This document shows, piece after piece, positions 1-12,600 of a DNA stretch of 64,000 bases. The notes under the pieces were generated by a model. The model was given only the letters and a program-made list of their open reading frames with translations. It had not been told where the DNA came from and searched no databases. How positions within the stretch are numbered: the stretch's first letter is position 1; each line of letters opens with the position of its first letter. The DNA lies in the NCBI GenBank assembly GCA_050084515.1, contig CM114271.1, positions 8,370,001 through 8,434,000 of the forward strand, in the 5' to 3' direction. The translations under genes and the position numbers were made by a program. Origin of the DNA: Blasia pusilla (taxonomy: Eukaryota).

Positions 1-73
1 TTTGCACCAGCACTTGGAAAGAATTTCAAGATAGCTTTTTAACAGTCTCGAAGATAAATCTCAGACAACCCAC

Positions 74-3000
74 CTCCCAAACTTGATTTGATGTGTGGAA
101 TCGGTTCACGTTCTCAGCAGAGAATACCCAAGCCACAATTGCCAAATTAGAAACAATGCGAAACCCCATGAGACGATCGATCAAAATTGCTGTCATCTGG
201 GCTGAGTTTCTCCAGAAGACGGCAACAGCTTCAATCATTGCCACCTGCCAAGTATGATTTGAAGCAGCTAGTTTACTTAACACTGTGCCATACCATTCCA
301 GTATTGTCACTGTGTGGGTGAAACTCTTTGATCCAATAAAAAGAAAGGTTTGCACAGCAATCTCAATTGCCATTTTCTGCCCATGGACCGGCAATATCTT
401 CTCCTCGATGTACACTTGAATGTCCCTTGCACTTTTCTTTGCTCGAGTCATTCCTACTAATTCAGTAGCTATAGTCATCTCTGCCTCGGATACTCCTTGT
501 GGATCGGCGTCATATTTATAGTTTGGCCCACTTTTCGGGGGCAGTAGCTCTATCAGCTTGGGACTGCTATGCAAACTCTGTTAATGACCAAGAAAGCAGA
601 CATTTCTGGATTAATACAACATACAGTATGGGCTTGAAGTTGACACATCTCACAGACTAGCGTCAGAAATTGACGAAGGGTCAGACTTCCTCGGCTGAAA
701 TGTCAAATGTAACCCCTACACAAACTTATTCCATCATCAAGCCTTACATCAGATACGACATGCTCTTGTATTGTTGCTTAAGGCAAAGAATTAATCTAGT
801 TGACTGAATCTCAACTTGCAGACAGAAGTGTGAAAACACAAATTGTTGCTAGGCAGTATGCATTAAGATGTCCTGCGTACCTCTCTAATCTTATCCCAAT
901 ATGCCAAGCGCACTTCTTTTTCAAGGACCTCTTGCGCAAAGACCCGCTGTGGTGACCATTTTGGCTGCTCCAAGACATGCGCCCATTCCTCCCACGGCCA
1001 TACAAATTGAAAGTTGGACCTGCACCAAAGGACCCATGCTTACTATGAGGGCCGCAGAATAATACTTCATGAAAATTGAATTTTTAAAAGAAGGAAGGTC
1101 TTACTATTAAGGAGTTAATATGCTCACACTGTGTGCTTAAGATATACCATTCTTAGTGAAGCCCTTAATGTCACCACCTTGATCCCACATGTTAATCAGC
1201 TCAGTGTGGAAGCAAGAAGTACATACAAATGGTGAGATAGCCACTGTACAAGTCGGGTGCGGCACTCCACATCCATATCTCCAACCTTCGCAAAAAGGAT
1301 GCGCACAGCTCCAGCTACAACAGCAGGAAAAGCCCCAGGAAGTGCCTACAAATCTCATAGAATTACACCTTCAGTTCTGGATATATTGCAATACTGGATA
1401 GTAATCAATATGTTCCTACATTTTAAGTTTTTTTTCATACACTGGACATTGGGCACTCATATTTTCTAGTGCTGAACTACAAGATCCAAACACACATGAG
1501 AAATTAGCTCATGACCTGCACGTATACAATGACAAGGGACTCACCTTACAGAGGTCCACCATTACAACGGTGTAGTAAATGAGCTTAAAAGGAGGGGCTG
1601 GAAGGAGCAGTAACTACAAACACAATACAAATACAGTCACCAAATTTAGCTTCAGTTCAATCCTGGCTTCTATGAGAGGCAGTCTGCTGAAGCTAAGAAT
1701 TCTGAAGAAGGGAAACATCCAAGAAACCATGTCTGGCATTTTAACAAGGCAGAAAAACTTGTGTCAATAACTGCAGCTGCCTTTCCAATTGTTCACATCT
1801 ATAGATAAAGTACTCCACAGAGATGATAATGCCCTTGAAACTCGATGAGTGTCAAGGATTAAGGGCAAGATCTTGAGAGTGAAATTTTAAAGAAGAGACC
1901 AGAAATACGATAGAGCCTATATTGTTCCCTCTTCAAAGAAAGATACTTGGCATAATCTGCTTTAACTGCATTAGAAGTTATCCAATGAACTCCAAGCCTT
2001 CAAAACTAACAGCAGAGCATATTTACAATCACATTCAAGCTTAATAAGTATCATGGGTGAAAGCAATTTCTTCAAATGAAAGTCACTCCACCCCTCATTA
2101 ATTAAGGTTTTGTGGCAAGCAAGGAACTGCACCTGAGTATATTTAGCCTGACATTGATTGGATGAAAGTGATTGTGATGTCAAAAGGATTTGAAAAGAAA
2201 TCACCTTTCAGGGTATGATGGGCCTTGGGCTGCAGTCTATGATGCAAAGAGAAAATGAAGAGAAAAACGTGACATCAAGAACAACTCGTGTTGGAATTTC
2301 TCCAAGTACATACCATATTTTTGCTTAAAGAGACTGTAGATCTCACCTGTGAAAAAACAGTCTCCGCCATGAGATACTCGTATCGGAATGGGACTGGAAG
2401 GCCCACCATGTACGCAGCACATTCTTTACGACTACATAATGCAACAAGCAGTGGAGAAAATATGTCAAGCCACTAGAGAAGTCGCTGTTGAGCCCAACCA
2501 GGCTGCTCAACACCCAACAGAGCATAACTCATTACCACAGAGCTTCCAAAGACTTTCAGCAGCATAATCAAAATTCTTGACTGAACATGTGGAAAAATAA
2601 TCCAAGACATGGTATGTCAGCTTACCAGCCATTTAGAAAACATAGGACATCCAATAGATACTCTTCCACAACAAAACGGTCGATTGGTGCTATTTTCTAT
2701 TACAGTCGACAAAGAATTTGTGAGTAGAATTGCACTAAGAATTGACCATTAGACAAGGCCTCTTCTAATATAAAAAGTGGACATTATTGTAGTACAAAAA
2801 CTATGACAACACCAAACCAGATTCACATATTCCACTGAAACATACATCCTGAAAGAAACCATACTACACACCTCATCAGTCTTAGCAGATGGAAATATAA
2901 TAAGTCGACCCACTCTCCGAGGGTACAACTGTTCTGCCTCTTCCCGGTATTTGCCCATCACTATATCAGACGGATTGGGTGGCAGTTTTGGTGCGTCTGG

Positions 3001-6000
3001 ACATGACAGCTGCCCAAACTCATGGCTTGGGCCTGTGACCAACCGGGATTCAAAAGCCAGATGGGGCCTTGGGACTGCAAAGGAAGACAATACAACCCTT
3101 TAAAAATTCTGCTACCATAGCTGAACATTTTGTGACAATCTTGCACCATGAATTGGGAACATTCCACTGTACCGCATAATTCACTGACAATGAACACCTA
3201 CACAAGAAAATATTATAACCTGTTTCGAACTCTTAACGTTTTGAATTATTGGTCCAACTCCAACATAAAGCCCATTTGTCATATGCATTTCAACAAAGAA
3301 TATAGGAAAATTGGCTGTAAGAAAGTATCTTACCACTCTCAATTCTCCAACTATTTTCCATAGAAGTCTGAATTCGTGACCACAGATCTTCCAAGTAATC
3401 CTGCAACGGATGTAAGGTAGCATCATTGCACAACTTGCACTGACCTTTCCACCATGATATAAGGTACACACAATCACACTAATGCCAACCAACCACCTTT
3501 TAGCGTCCACAAAAGCAGATCAAGTATAAAAGATAGGAATTTCCTGAAGCCTAGACTGCAGGGAATCCAACATATACTCTGTGAAGTGTGAATGACCAAC
3601 ACTCCAGCTCTAGATGAAATAGGGAGAACGCTTCACTTCTCTGGCTGCTGACCAACCCAAGATTCTTTGTGGATATTGTATTTCTTTTTCAATCCTTCCA
3701 AATGCTCTTGCAAATATACTAGAAACAAATGAGAACACATTTCGCAAAAAAACAGTAGTGCCAAGGGCAGAATCCTGACACAAGATTCCATGTGTTGACA
3801 CACATTGTCAGTTTGAGGAGAAAGCCTGAGTATTGCTCCACTAGAACAATACAAGGCACTACATCCTCAGAATGATAGTTTGGAATAGTCATAAATTTCA
3901 AAGATTTGATAGTCCACATACCTCTGAGTCTGCTGCCTGCTCAGTCCCCTCTTCATTATTACTAAACACAGACAGAGATGACCCTGCACACCTTTTTCGG
4001 AGAGTCAAATACGCCTCTGCACCTGCAAGAACCCGCTCCAAGTCCTCTGGTACACGCTGCAGGGGTTTTTTAACAGTCAGAGTAGATCTCCAAAGCAAGC
4101 CAAGAACTACCTATAAAACACAAAGTTATAGCATTCCATTAGCTGGAGATTGAAGATTCAGTAAGGGACTAAATATGTACTAGTTGAATCTCATGAAGAG
4201 CAGAGCGCTTCCAGTGCTTCCTCAATATTAATGTAATGACTGCATTGTTAGAACTATCCGAGAAACACCTCAGAAGTGTGGGATTTGTGCAATTCACTTC
4301 TTTACTGCTTCCAGCTAGGATTCCAAAACATGAAACAATGGGTATCTTGACCAACATGCTCAAGAAAGAAATTGTCAATGCAACTCCCTATCAGACAAAC
4401 AGGACATACACACTCAAAAACCAAGAGAGCAGGTAAACATATGAGAACTATCACTTTAAAAAAGCTCCACCTCTGCCAGCTCCAGCCCACCCCATGGAAG
4501 GGATGCCAGGATACAAAACACATAATAGTCAGCGCGAGGCTGCCAAGACGGATTGCCTCCATCTTCATCAATGGTGGTGGCTGCTGATGAGACGAGTGTC
4601 TCAAAGACCTCTATTAGGGCACCTGGAGCAATTACATTGCTGCTCATCTGATTAAACCACAAAACACCAAACCAAATCTCAGCAACGAGAACCAGTGATA
4701 AATGTCCTCGTACTTCAGGACATTAATTTAATGAGCAGCTCAGCTCATGAATTTCATGGCACAATAACAGTTTCAAGTCACCTTCCAGGATGCACGATGG
4801 CCTTTGGGATATGTGTAGCTCTCTTGCATGAGGTGTGTGATCAGAGTGCATGGAAGCAAGGTGGTTACAAGAATCTTCTGATCAACTTTTAATTTCCACC
4901 ATCAGACCCTACCTGGGGTAGCCATGGCTACAAAGACAAGCAATCCTGGCTCACATTAATTACATGGTAAGCAACACACCAAAAACATCCAACGGACTAT
5001 TTAATGTCCTAATGCATGACAATACGTACCAAAGATGTTAGGAAACGCATTAAGATTCGCATCTTGTTACAGTTGCCTGCATCAAGTGCAGCCTGCAGAG
5101 TAAACACTTAGTTCAGTTCGTGGTCGGGGGAAGCAAGGAATGAGTTGAACATCAATGATCAAACAGCTTCAACCTCAAAAGATATGCAGAACTGCTGAAT
5201 AGCCATTGAGTACGAAGCAACACAAAACAGCATGCTGCCAGAGCATTTGGTGAGGATGGAAGTGAATATAATCCAGGTTAAACTACTGTAGTTTTAATAA
5301 CAGCACAACCAAATTCTCTGGGATGGCAAGAGATCAAACAGGTCGTGTACAGAGACGAACACAAAAGGCAAATCAGAACAAACCATTGAACCAGCATTCA
5401 CAAACCAAGAATGAATCAAAACGGATAAACTGTTTCGCAACTGCTCCCCACGGGCCACGCACCCCGTGTTTGAGAGTAGACTTCAAAGTTGACCCTCACA
5501 TTGCTGTGATGCATGCATATGAAGCCTCAAAGACTCTTCAAATACAAACAACATTTCATTTCAGAGATTTGTCAAAGAACTCAACTATTAAAAACGAGCA
5601 CTCCTTTCGAAAGGAATACGAGTGAGAGCGCCAATACCTGAAGTCCATCATGTGTCTGGTTCACAACCTTCGAGACAAAATCAGTGTTTTCTAGATTTAT
5701 CAGACCAACCTGTAGCAGAAAATAACGTTCACTCAAATCACTACGACAAACAGATACCACAAAACTCCTACATATTCAAGAGGTCAAATAGACCCTGCAA
5801 AGAGACGAATACAAAAGCCTGAAAATCACAAATATCAGAAACCCTGCATGCTTTCTTCATGGTCTTTCAGCATTCAGATTCACGAATAGTGAAAAATAGC
5901 CGTACCAGGGTTCCGTACAGAGGGTCTTTGTGCGGAAGCTCCTCCACACACTGCATCAGCAACTGTTCCCCAAAAGCCAGTCCAAAGATGTCCATCCAAA

Positions 6001-7739
6001 GTCAATTACTAGGAATTCCAAAGACTCTAGCTCAGGTCTTCTACCCTCTCTTGCGCGCACAATCCTCTCAGAATCAAATCGTTTCTAGAATTCATTACCG
6101 CCAGTATCTCGTTTCCGTGCTGATGCAGATCACGTAGAAGATGTTGAAATTGGTTAATATCTAGTTTAGTCATGCTCTAAAAGTAGTTAGTCAGATACTA
6201 ACTTAGTTGGATACTATTTTAGTTAGCTAGAGATAACTTAGTGTTCCTCTATCTTTTTAGGGTAGCCTTGAATTAGGGCAATTCTCGAGTTAGGGTTAGC
6301 CACCATCTGTTATTTAGGGTATGGATCTGTTCAAGAAGATCTAAGGGCCAGAAGTGCTCACCCTGATGTATACAACGTCTCTGTTTAGAGAGCAGAAGCC
6401 AATTCTACAGCATGCACAGTTTTGGTGAGGACTCCTGAGGCTCTTGGTCCTGCTGCAGAGTGATCAGAGAATAGGAAGAGGAGATTGAGACTAATTGCTG
6501 TGCTTGCTAGAGCCTCACTGGAAGGCAGGTTGTTTTGTCTAGTATGCTGATGGAGATTGTTTGTGCTCAATGGTGAGCCATGTCTGATCTCTGAGCTGGT
6601 GACATGTGAGGACCTGTAGTGTGAGTGCAAGGTGTGGCTGAGTAGAATCCTTCTTAGTATCTCTTAGATAGTAAGAAGAGTCACATCATGGTAGGGCTCT
6701 GATTTGGCAATAGAGATAGGAACTGATTTGCTGATTGTGTACAAGCTGAAATCATGGATGGTCTAGCTGATGCTAGCTCTGACTTTGTACAAGGAGATAC
6801 TTCTGCTGGTCAATCATATTCTCAGGTTATGGGCCCACCCCAAACCTTTCTCCTTAGTGATTTCAGCAGTGTAGAGAAGTTAGATGGTGGGAACTATAGA
6901 GAATGGTCCAGAACCATGAATTCCAAAGATGTCCATCCAAAGTCAATTACTAGGAATTCCAAAGACTCTAGCTCAGGTCTTCTACCCTCTCTTGCGCGCA
7001 CAATCCTGTCAGAATCAAATCGTTTCTAGAATTCATTACCGCCAGTATCTCGTTTCCGTGCTGATGCAGATCACGTAGAAGAGAATTGAAGCAGGTCTCC
7101 TGCAAAATACTCCATGTCAGCACGAGCACCAATAATTTCACATTTCGAAGCTTTGAGCTCGATGTTCTACTAATCTGCCAGGTCCTTCAAAATTCACCTT
7201 CAAAGGACTCAAAAAAATTGAACGAACAGTGATCCAAACATTGTTCGAAACACAGCTGCCCCGTCGAAACCTAAACACTTTAAATGAATTTCTCCAGCTC
7301 CAACTTTCCACTGACGTGTTTCAGTTCAAGACACTCATGTTTCATATTAATCCAGTATCTGCGACTGACTACGCCTAATTCATTACTTCGATTAGCTTCC
7401 ACCGCCGCTTACAAATGCGAAATTATCATCCAGGGCTTAAAAAGTTTAAAAAATTACACTCCGGACTGAATCAAATCGAATCGCGCCGAAGCGCCGCACA
7501 AACAAAAACTGACAACAGTCTGAAGAAATTTCTCAAAATCCTGTAATTCACAAAGCACCACGACGACTCAAGGGCGTTGGACAGTACTTCATAAGAATGG
7601 AATGAATCACTGTAATTTGCACCTAGAAAGAGAGTGAGAAATATAGACGTACAATGTGGTCTTCGGCATCCGCATGACCACCATACTCGGCGCATCGCTC
7701 CCCGATTCTGACCAGGAGCGAATGCCAACTAGTGCTCAT
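74..7739 (-). CDS. CBP80: Nuclear cap-binding protein subunit 1 (CBP80/ABH1/NCBP1), spliced, 3' end continues beyond window start
   Basis: Exons placed by hand, all with GT..AG boundaries and consistent phase: 7739-7653 (MSTSWHSLLVRIGERCAEYGGHADAEDHI), 7099-7040, 5962-5906 (LLMQCVEELPHKDPLYGTL), 5709-5638, 5092-5030, 4647-4471 (FETLVSSAATTIDEDGGNPSWQPRAD), 4056-3922, 3400-3334, 3074-2872, 2696-2626 (PIDRFVVEEYLLDVL), 2431-2347 (RKECAAYMVGLPVPFRYEYLMAETVFSQ), 1613-1545, 1345-1227 (ALPGAFPAVVAGAVR), 1019-881 (SNFQFVWPWEEWAHVL), 577-74 (GSKSFTH). Total 1908 nt = 636 codons with no stop; peptides recognised as plant CBP80. Confidence 0.95.
5981..6141. repeat. 161-bp direct duplication, copy A (3' part of CBP80 exon 2 plus 5' part of intron 2)
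   Basis: Matches 6922-7082 except one base (cctctca vs cctgtca); contains a second copy of the exon-2 donor GTAATG at 6098. Confidence 0.97.
6142..6921 (+). mobile_element. Truncated Ty1/copia element: LTR (6142-6688), PBS-like site (from 6689) and gag N-terminus (6754-6921)
   Basis: Starts TGTTG and ends ...CATCA, immediately followed by TGGTAGGGCTC (complement of a tRNA CCA end); ORF 6754 carries the copia gag motif VEKLDGGNYREWSRTM and breaks off at duplication copy B. Confidence 0.8.
6922..7082. repeat. 161-bp direct duplication, copy B (contains the functional end of CBP80 exon 2 and its donor)
   Basis: 160/161 identity to 5981-6141 by eye; continuous with the rest of exon 2 at 7083-7099. 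Confidence 0.97.
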
Positions 7740-7864
7740 TTTCGTGTAGTGTTTTCAGCAGCGGAAGAATGCGTTCATCATGTTCCGGGTGGGCGCCCCT
7801 GAACCAAAGCGGGAAACCAGCGAGAAGCGGGATAGTAATCGAAAATGTCGAGAGCGCGAATAAT

Positions 7865-7872
7865 TAGGGTTT
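7865..7872 (-). promoter_or_regulatory. Telo-box (AAACCCTA) upstream of CBP80
   Basis: TAGGGTTT on the + strand, about 125 bp upstream of the CBP80 ATG; this motif is common in plant RNA-processing and translation gene promoters. An 8-mer can arise by chance. Confidence 0.4.
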
Positions 7873-9205
7873 TACCACATTCAGTTGGCTATTTTAGCGG
7901 TTTATCGCTACTTTGGCTACGAGGGCCACTCCAAGCGTCTATCAAAATAAATCTTGTCTCCCATCTTCCTCCTCCTTCCCCAACGTACTTACCTCTTCAT
8001 CTCATGACATCATCGCTTCTTTTTATATTTCTTCCATATATGACACTAGCATAAGCACATGCGCTAGTTTAATATAAACTAGGGCGTCCAAGGACATAAA
8101 AACTTGGAATAGCAAAAAATTATAGTCCTATTTTCCTTTCTCTTCTTCATTACATTTAATTCTCTAGATTTTGACATTCTAAGAGCATGAGCCCTTAGAG
8201 GACAAGTGTCGAGAGGAGGAGGGATTCTCTATACCCATCCTCCGCCAATAGTATAAATTATCTATACTCTTATTGGAGACATGCGTCTAAGCTCCAAACC
8301 CGAAATTGCATGACACGTCTCAAAATAGTCGGGTCAGGTTGCACCAAATGCTGACAATTCATAATTCCACTTCAAATTGAACATCTTGGGGTCATTTTAC
8401 GTAGATTTTTTTCAAGCGTTTGATAGAGGAGCATCTGTCTTAGCCGCCGTTGCCGCACTGCATTACGAAAAGTATTAGGGAAAGATTAGGGTTTCAGTGG
8501 TTTGGAGATACTTAAGTTCGAATCACTGCTACAAGTATTCTACTTTTTATATGAGGGCATGGGAAGCAGAGTAGAGTATCCTGAAGTGACTATGTGTGTG
8601 AGTAAGTGCACATTATTTTCTGTTGTTCCGTATCGTTTCAAATGCAAAATTTCATTTTCATTTCCAAATGTTTCTTTTCGAGCATTCCCACTTTCAAAAC
8701 TTTCCTTTCATTAACAAGGCATTCAAACATATTTTTCCAAATTCTCAAATATTTGCCTTCAAAAGTAGAGTTCCCATAACTATACCATCAACCATCAGTG
8801 AAGTTCTCATATACATTCTATAGTGCCAAATGTTTCCTTTCAACTCTAGAGCTACTATTACAATGTCGTCAGAGTAAATGTTCTGAACCATTGTTGAGCA
8901 ATAATCCCACCTTCTAATAGGCGCCTAGTTTCTACTTTCGTATATTGCAGAAAGTCTACACGTTATAAAAAAGGTAGAGCAAGAAGACTCATTGGCGCAT
9001 GCAGTATGCAACCCCATTACAACTTCTTTGCCGATTGTCTTCGAGCTTCCTCATTGTAGCTTCTTTTGTCATTGTCTTTCAACATCTTTGTCATTCTACT
9101 GATCCATTCCTAGAAGCCAAACATCTCCATGTTATTAACGAAACCTTTTGCAAATCTTAAAATTTTCTAACATGCGAGAAAGTAAAACATTGCTTATGGA
9201 AGCCT

Positions 9206-9340
9206 ATAGCTCCGCCGTCTCATGCCAAGAGGTTCAACAAAGAGAGAATGAGCTCTCAAGCTCTCTCTCTTGGAGGTATACCCCCTTCCCTCTCCCAAAC
9301 TCTCTCCACGGTAACCTATACTTGCACGTCACCTCCTTGG
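9206..9340. repeat. Dispersed repeat fragment (probably LTR-derived), interrupted by the copia element at 9341
   Basis: Aligns with 22731-22864 (atagctccgccg...catgccaagaggttcaacaaagagagaatgagctct...gtcacctccttgg); similarity stops exactly at the copia LTR start. Confidence 0.8.
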
Positions 9341-9652
9341 TATTGAAGATTGAGTTACAGTCAAGCTCTTGAGACACCTAAACTGCTACATTTGGTACTC
9401 ACACAAAGTAGGGGAGCTTAATCTTGGTTAGTCAGTTAAGCGCGATTATCTTAACTATGATTAGTCAATCACAGTTAGTCTAACTCGAGACTATGGTTAA
9501 GATTAGGGTTATGATCGCTTGTACACACCCTATACAATTGAGAAGGGGATCAGCCTCCACTTATTCCGTCATTGCAAATTTCGTTCTCCATGGTGGTGTG
9601 TGAGCGTGAGAGTCGTTTCCTGCCAGTTATGCTTCTTTAGCAATTTTCCACA
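9341..9652 (+). repeat. Copia 5' LTR (copy 1)
   Basis: Homologous to the LTRs at 55239-55553 and 60239-60553; starts TATTGAAG, ends TTCCACA. Confidence 0.92.
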
Positions 9653-12600
9653 CGGTATCAGAGCGATAGGAGAACATCACTTGAATTTCTGGATGTTTGA
9701 GGAGAGAAGAGAGGCAAAAGAAGGAAATTTTTCAATTTGGGAGAAGGAAATTTTATTCAAAGCTAGTGGGTGCACATTTAAGGTGGAGCTTTGACAGTGA
9801 TAACACTTTGGAGACATTTTTAAAGGCTTTCCCGGCCGATTAAGCCATTTGGCAAGAAAAATACCAAAGTTTAGTTTTACTTGCCCTGTAGAGCTCGTCA
9901 AAAGCTTTCCAACGCATCCAAAATCCCTCGATTCTGACATTGTGAACTCCTGCAATAGCAATTTCAGTGTAGGAAAGTGCAATTAGTGAAGAAAAGTTGT
10001 GCAGCTTGCTCTCTACAAGCCAATTTCGACTAATTCTTTCATACAATTAATTAATTTTGGTAAATTTCAGGTCGATTTCTGCATAGGAGTGATCGATGCT
10101 TCAATTGGAGTAGTATAGAGCATAAAATTACGTCTTTGTGAGTGAAATCGCTCGTCATGGAGTATTCCTCAACACCAGTCAAAGGCGAGAAGCTAGATAA
10201 GTAGAATTACAATGTCTAGAAGTTTCGCATGAAAAAAATTCTCATGGGTCAAGAACTATGGGAGCTTGTCACATGTGATGAGGCCAAGCTATAAGGCGAC
10301 TCAACAAACTTGAATGTTCACGCTTGGAACAAACGCGCAAGGCAAGTAATCCACTACATTTTAATAACGATCAGTTTGCCAATGATAGGTCACATCCAAG
10401 ATATTGATACTCCGGAGGAGACGTGGGATGTATTGGAAAAGTTCTTCCAGACATCTACAAAGGCCATAAAGCTTCAATTGAAACAAAAATTGAACGAATT
10501 GAGTAAAGGATCGGAGAGCATCAATGATTATATTTTGAGTATGAGACATATTGTTGATCAGATGAATAGCATTAGAGTGACAGTAGAAGATGATGATATG
10601 ATTTTTTTTCACTCTTCAAGGCCTTCCAAAGGATTACAAGTCCTTTGAGACCTCTATCTCTGTAAGAGAGAAGTATCCAACCTTTCAAGAGTTAGTTCCT
10701 CTATTGATCAGTGAAGAGATGCGCCTAGTAGGCAGCGGTAACTCGTATAGTCTACAAGAGAGTGCGCTATTTGCAAGTTATGGATCAAATAAAGACACGG
10801 GTCCTGCTAGAAACTTCTATGGTCGTGGTGGATATCAAACATATGGAGGAATAGGCACTCAATATAGCGTCACTCAATCAACTACGAACTAGTACCAGAC
10901 ACAATCATAATATGGTGATGGTGGAAACCGTAAGGTTCGAGGTCGGCAACAGAGGGTCCATAGATCTTGCAATTAATGTGTGATAAAGGATCACTATGCA
11001 AAGTTTTGCTTCAAGAAGAAGGCACGTATGAGAACAAGAGTCTTAGAACAACAAAACTATGTGGAACAACAACACCAATAGCAGTACTAAGAACAACAAC
11101 ATTCACAAACAGAGCATCTATTGGTCATAACTCATCATATGGGAGCAATGGTCAAGAAAGACTCGACAACAGATTGGTACATTGATTGTGGTGCATCAAA
11201 TCACATGACCTCACAAGCTCAATGGTTCAATAGTTTTGAGTCGGTGAAAGATCCAGCAATTGTGCTCACGGGAGATGACACTCAACATCATATCACGAAT
11301 ACCGGTAAAGTTCCAATAGCATCAGATGGTCTTTGTGGTTTTGGAAATGTTCTCTATGTTCCTACCATTGCAAGAAAATCTTATCTCTATAAGATAAATA
11401 GTAGAACATGGTTATCAAGTAAAGTTTAACGCATATGGTTTTTTCATTGAAACAATGGATCAGTAGACTACCATAGCCAAAGGAACTAGATCTAGCAGAA
11501 TGTTTAAATTAGATGTTTTTATGCTAGAGATTCAAACAATAATGTATGGTCAAACCGGCCAACAAGTCATAAATCTAAATGTGTGGCATAAAAGAATTGG
11601 ACATATGAATCTTCAAAGATTACAGAGTCTTTCATCATCTAATATAATAATATGACTCCCTAAATTAGCCAGTCTTGCTATGTTAGAGGTCTGTCCTGCT
11701 TGCCAATTTGGAAAACAAGCTAGATTTCATTTTCCAAAGCAAGGTAGAAGAGCATACAAGATTTTGGAGTTGGTCCATAATGATGTGTGGATAGCATCAC
11801 AACATAGTCTTAGTTGTTGCCAGTACTTTGTTTCATTTATTGATGACTTCTCTAGGTATATATGGGTATACTTTTTGAAAGCCAAGTTAGAGGTATTCTC
11901 AGTGTTCCAAACATTTAGAGTTCTAGTAGAGACGCAAATTGGAGAACACATTTTGAAATTACGTTGTGATGGAGGAGGAGAGCATCTTTCAACAGAGTTT
12001 GATGACTATTTACGTCATAATGATATCCAACGTCAAGTGACTTGCCGTTACACTCCACAACAAAATGGAGTGGCTGAGAGGAAGAATCGACATATTGTTG
12101 AAGCGGCACGAGCTATGCTGAATGAGAAAAACATGCCTAAGGTCTATTGGACAGAGGTTGTAGCACGTGAAGTCTTCTTAATAAACCAAACTCCAACAAC
12201 ATGATTTTATGATAAAACTCCATTCGAAGTCTTCATTGGAAGTAAATCTGATTTTTTCTTCTTGAAAGTATTTGGCTGTATTTGTTATGCTCATGTTTAT
12301 TTTAAGAGAAGTCATAAATTACATCGGAAGTCTGAGAGATGTATCTCCATTGGCTATGCTAATGGGACTAAGGGGTAGAAGTGCTACATTCCATCCTCTA
12401 GGCGGCTTACTATTAGTGGCAATGTTATCTTTGATGAGTTAAAGTCATGGTATGCTCCATCTGAGCCTATTTCACCTCTAAACTTGTATGTTGAGGGGGA
12501 GAATATGACTATAAACCAATAGACATTGTCTTCAACTTCCCCAAGTACTTGTGTAGGACTATGAGGGGTCCTAGATTCATCAGTTAAATCTGTGCGTCAA

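Noticed and set aside
290-300. LEWYG in place of the LERYG I recall in other CBP80 proteins, as a sign of pseudogenisation
   Set aside because: A single substitution; all 15 exons are open and in phase with canonical splice sites.
1137-5822. Numerous 60-110 aa ORFs overlapping CBP80 on either strand
   Set aside because: They are antisense or off-frame shadows of exons and introns with no recognisable motifs.
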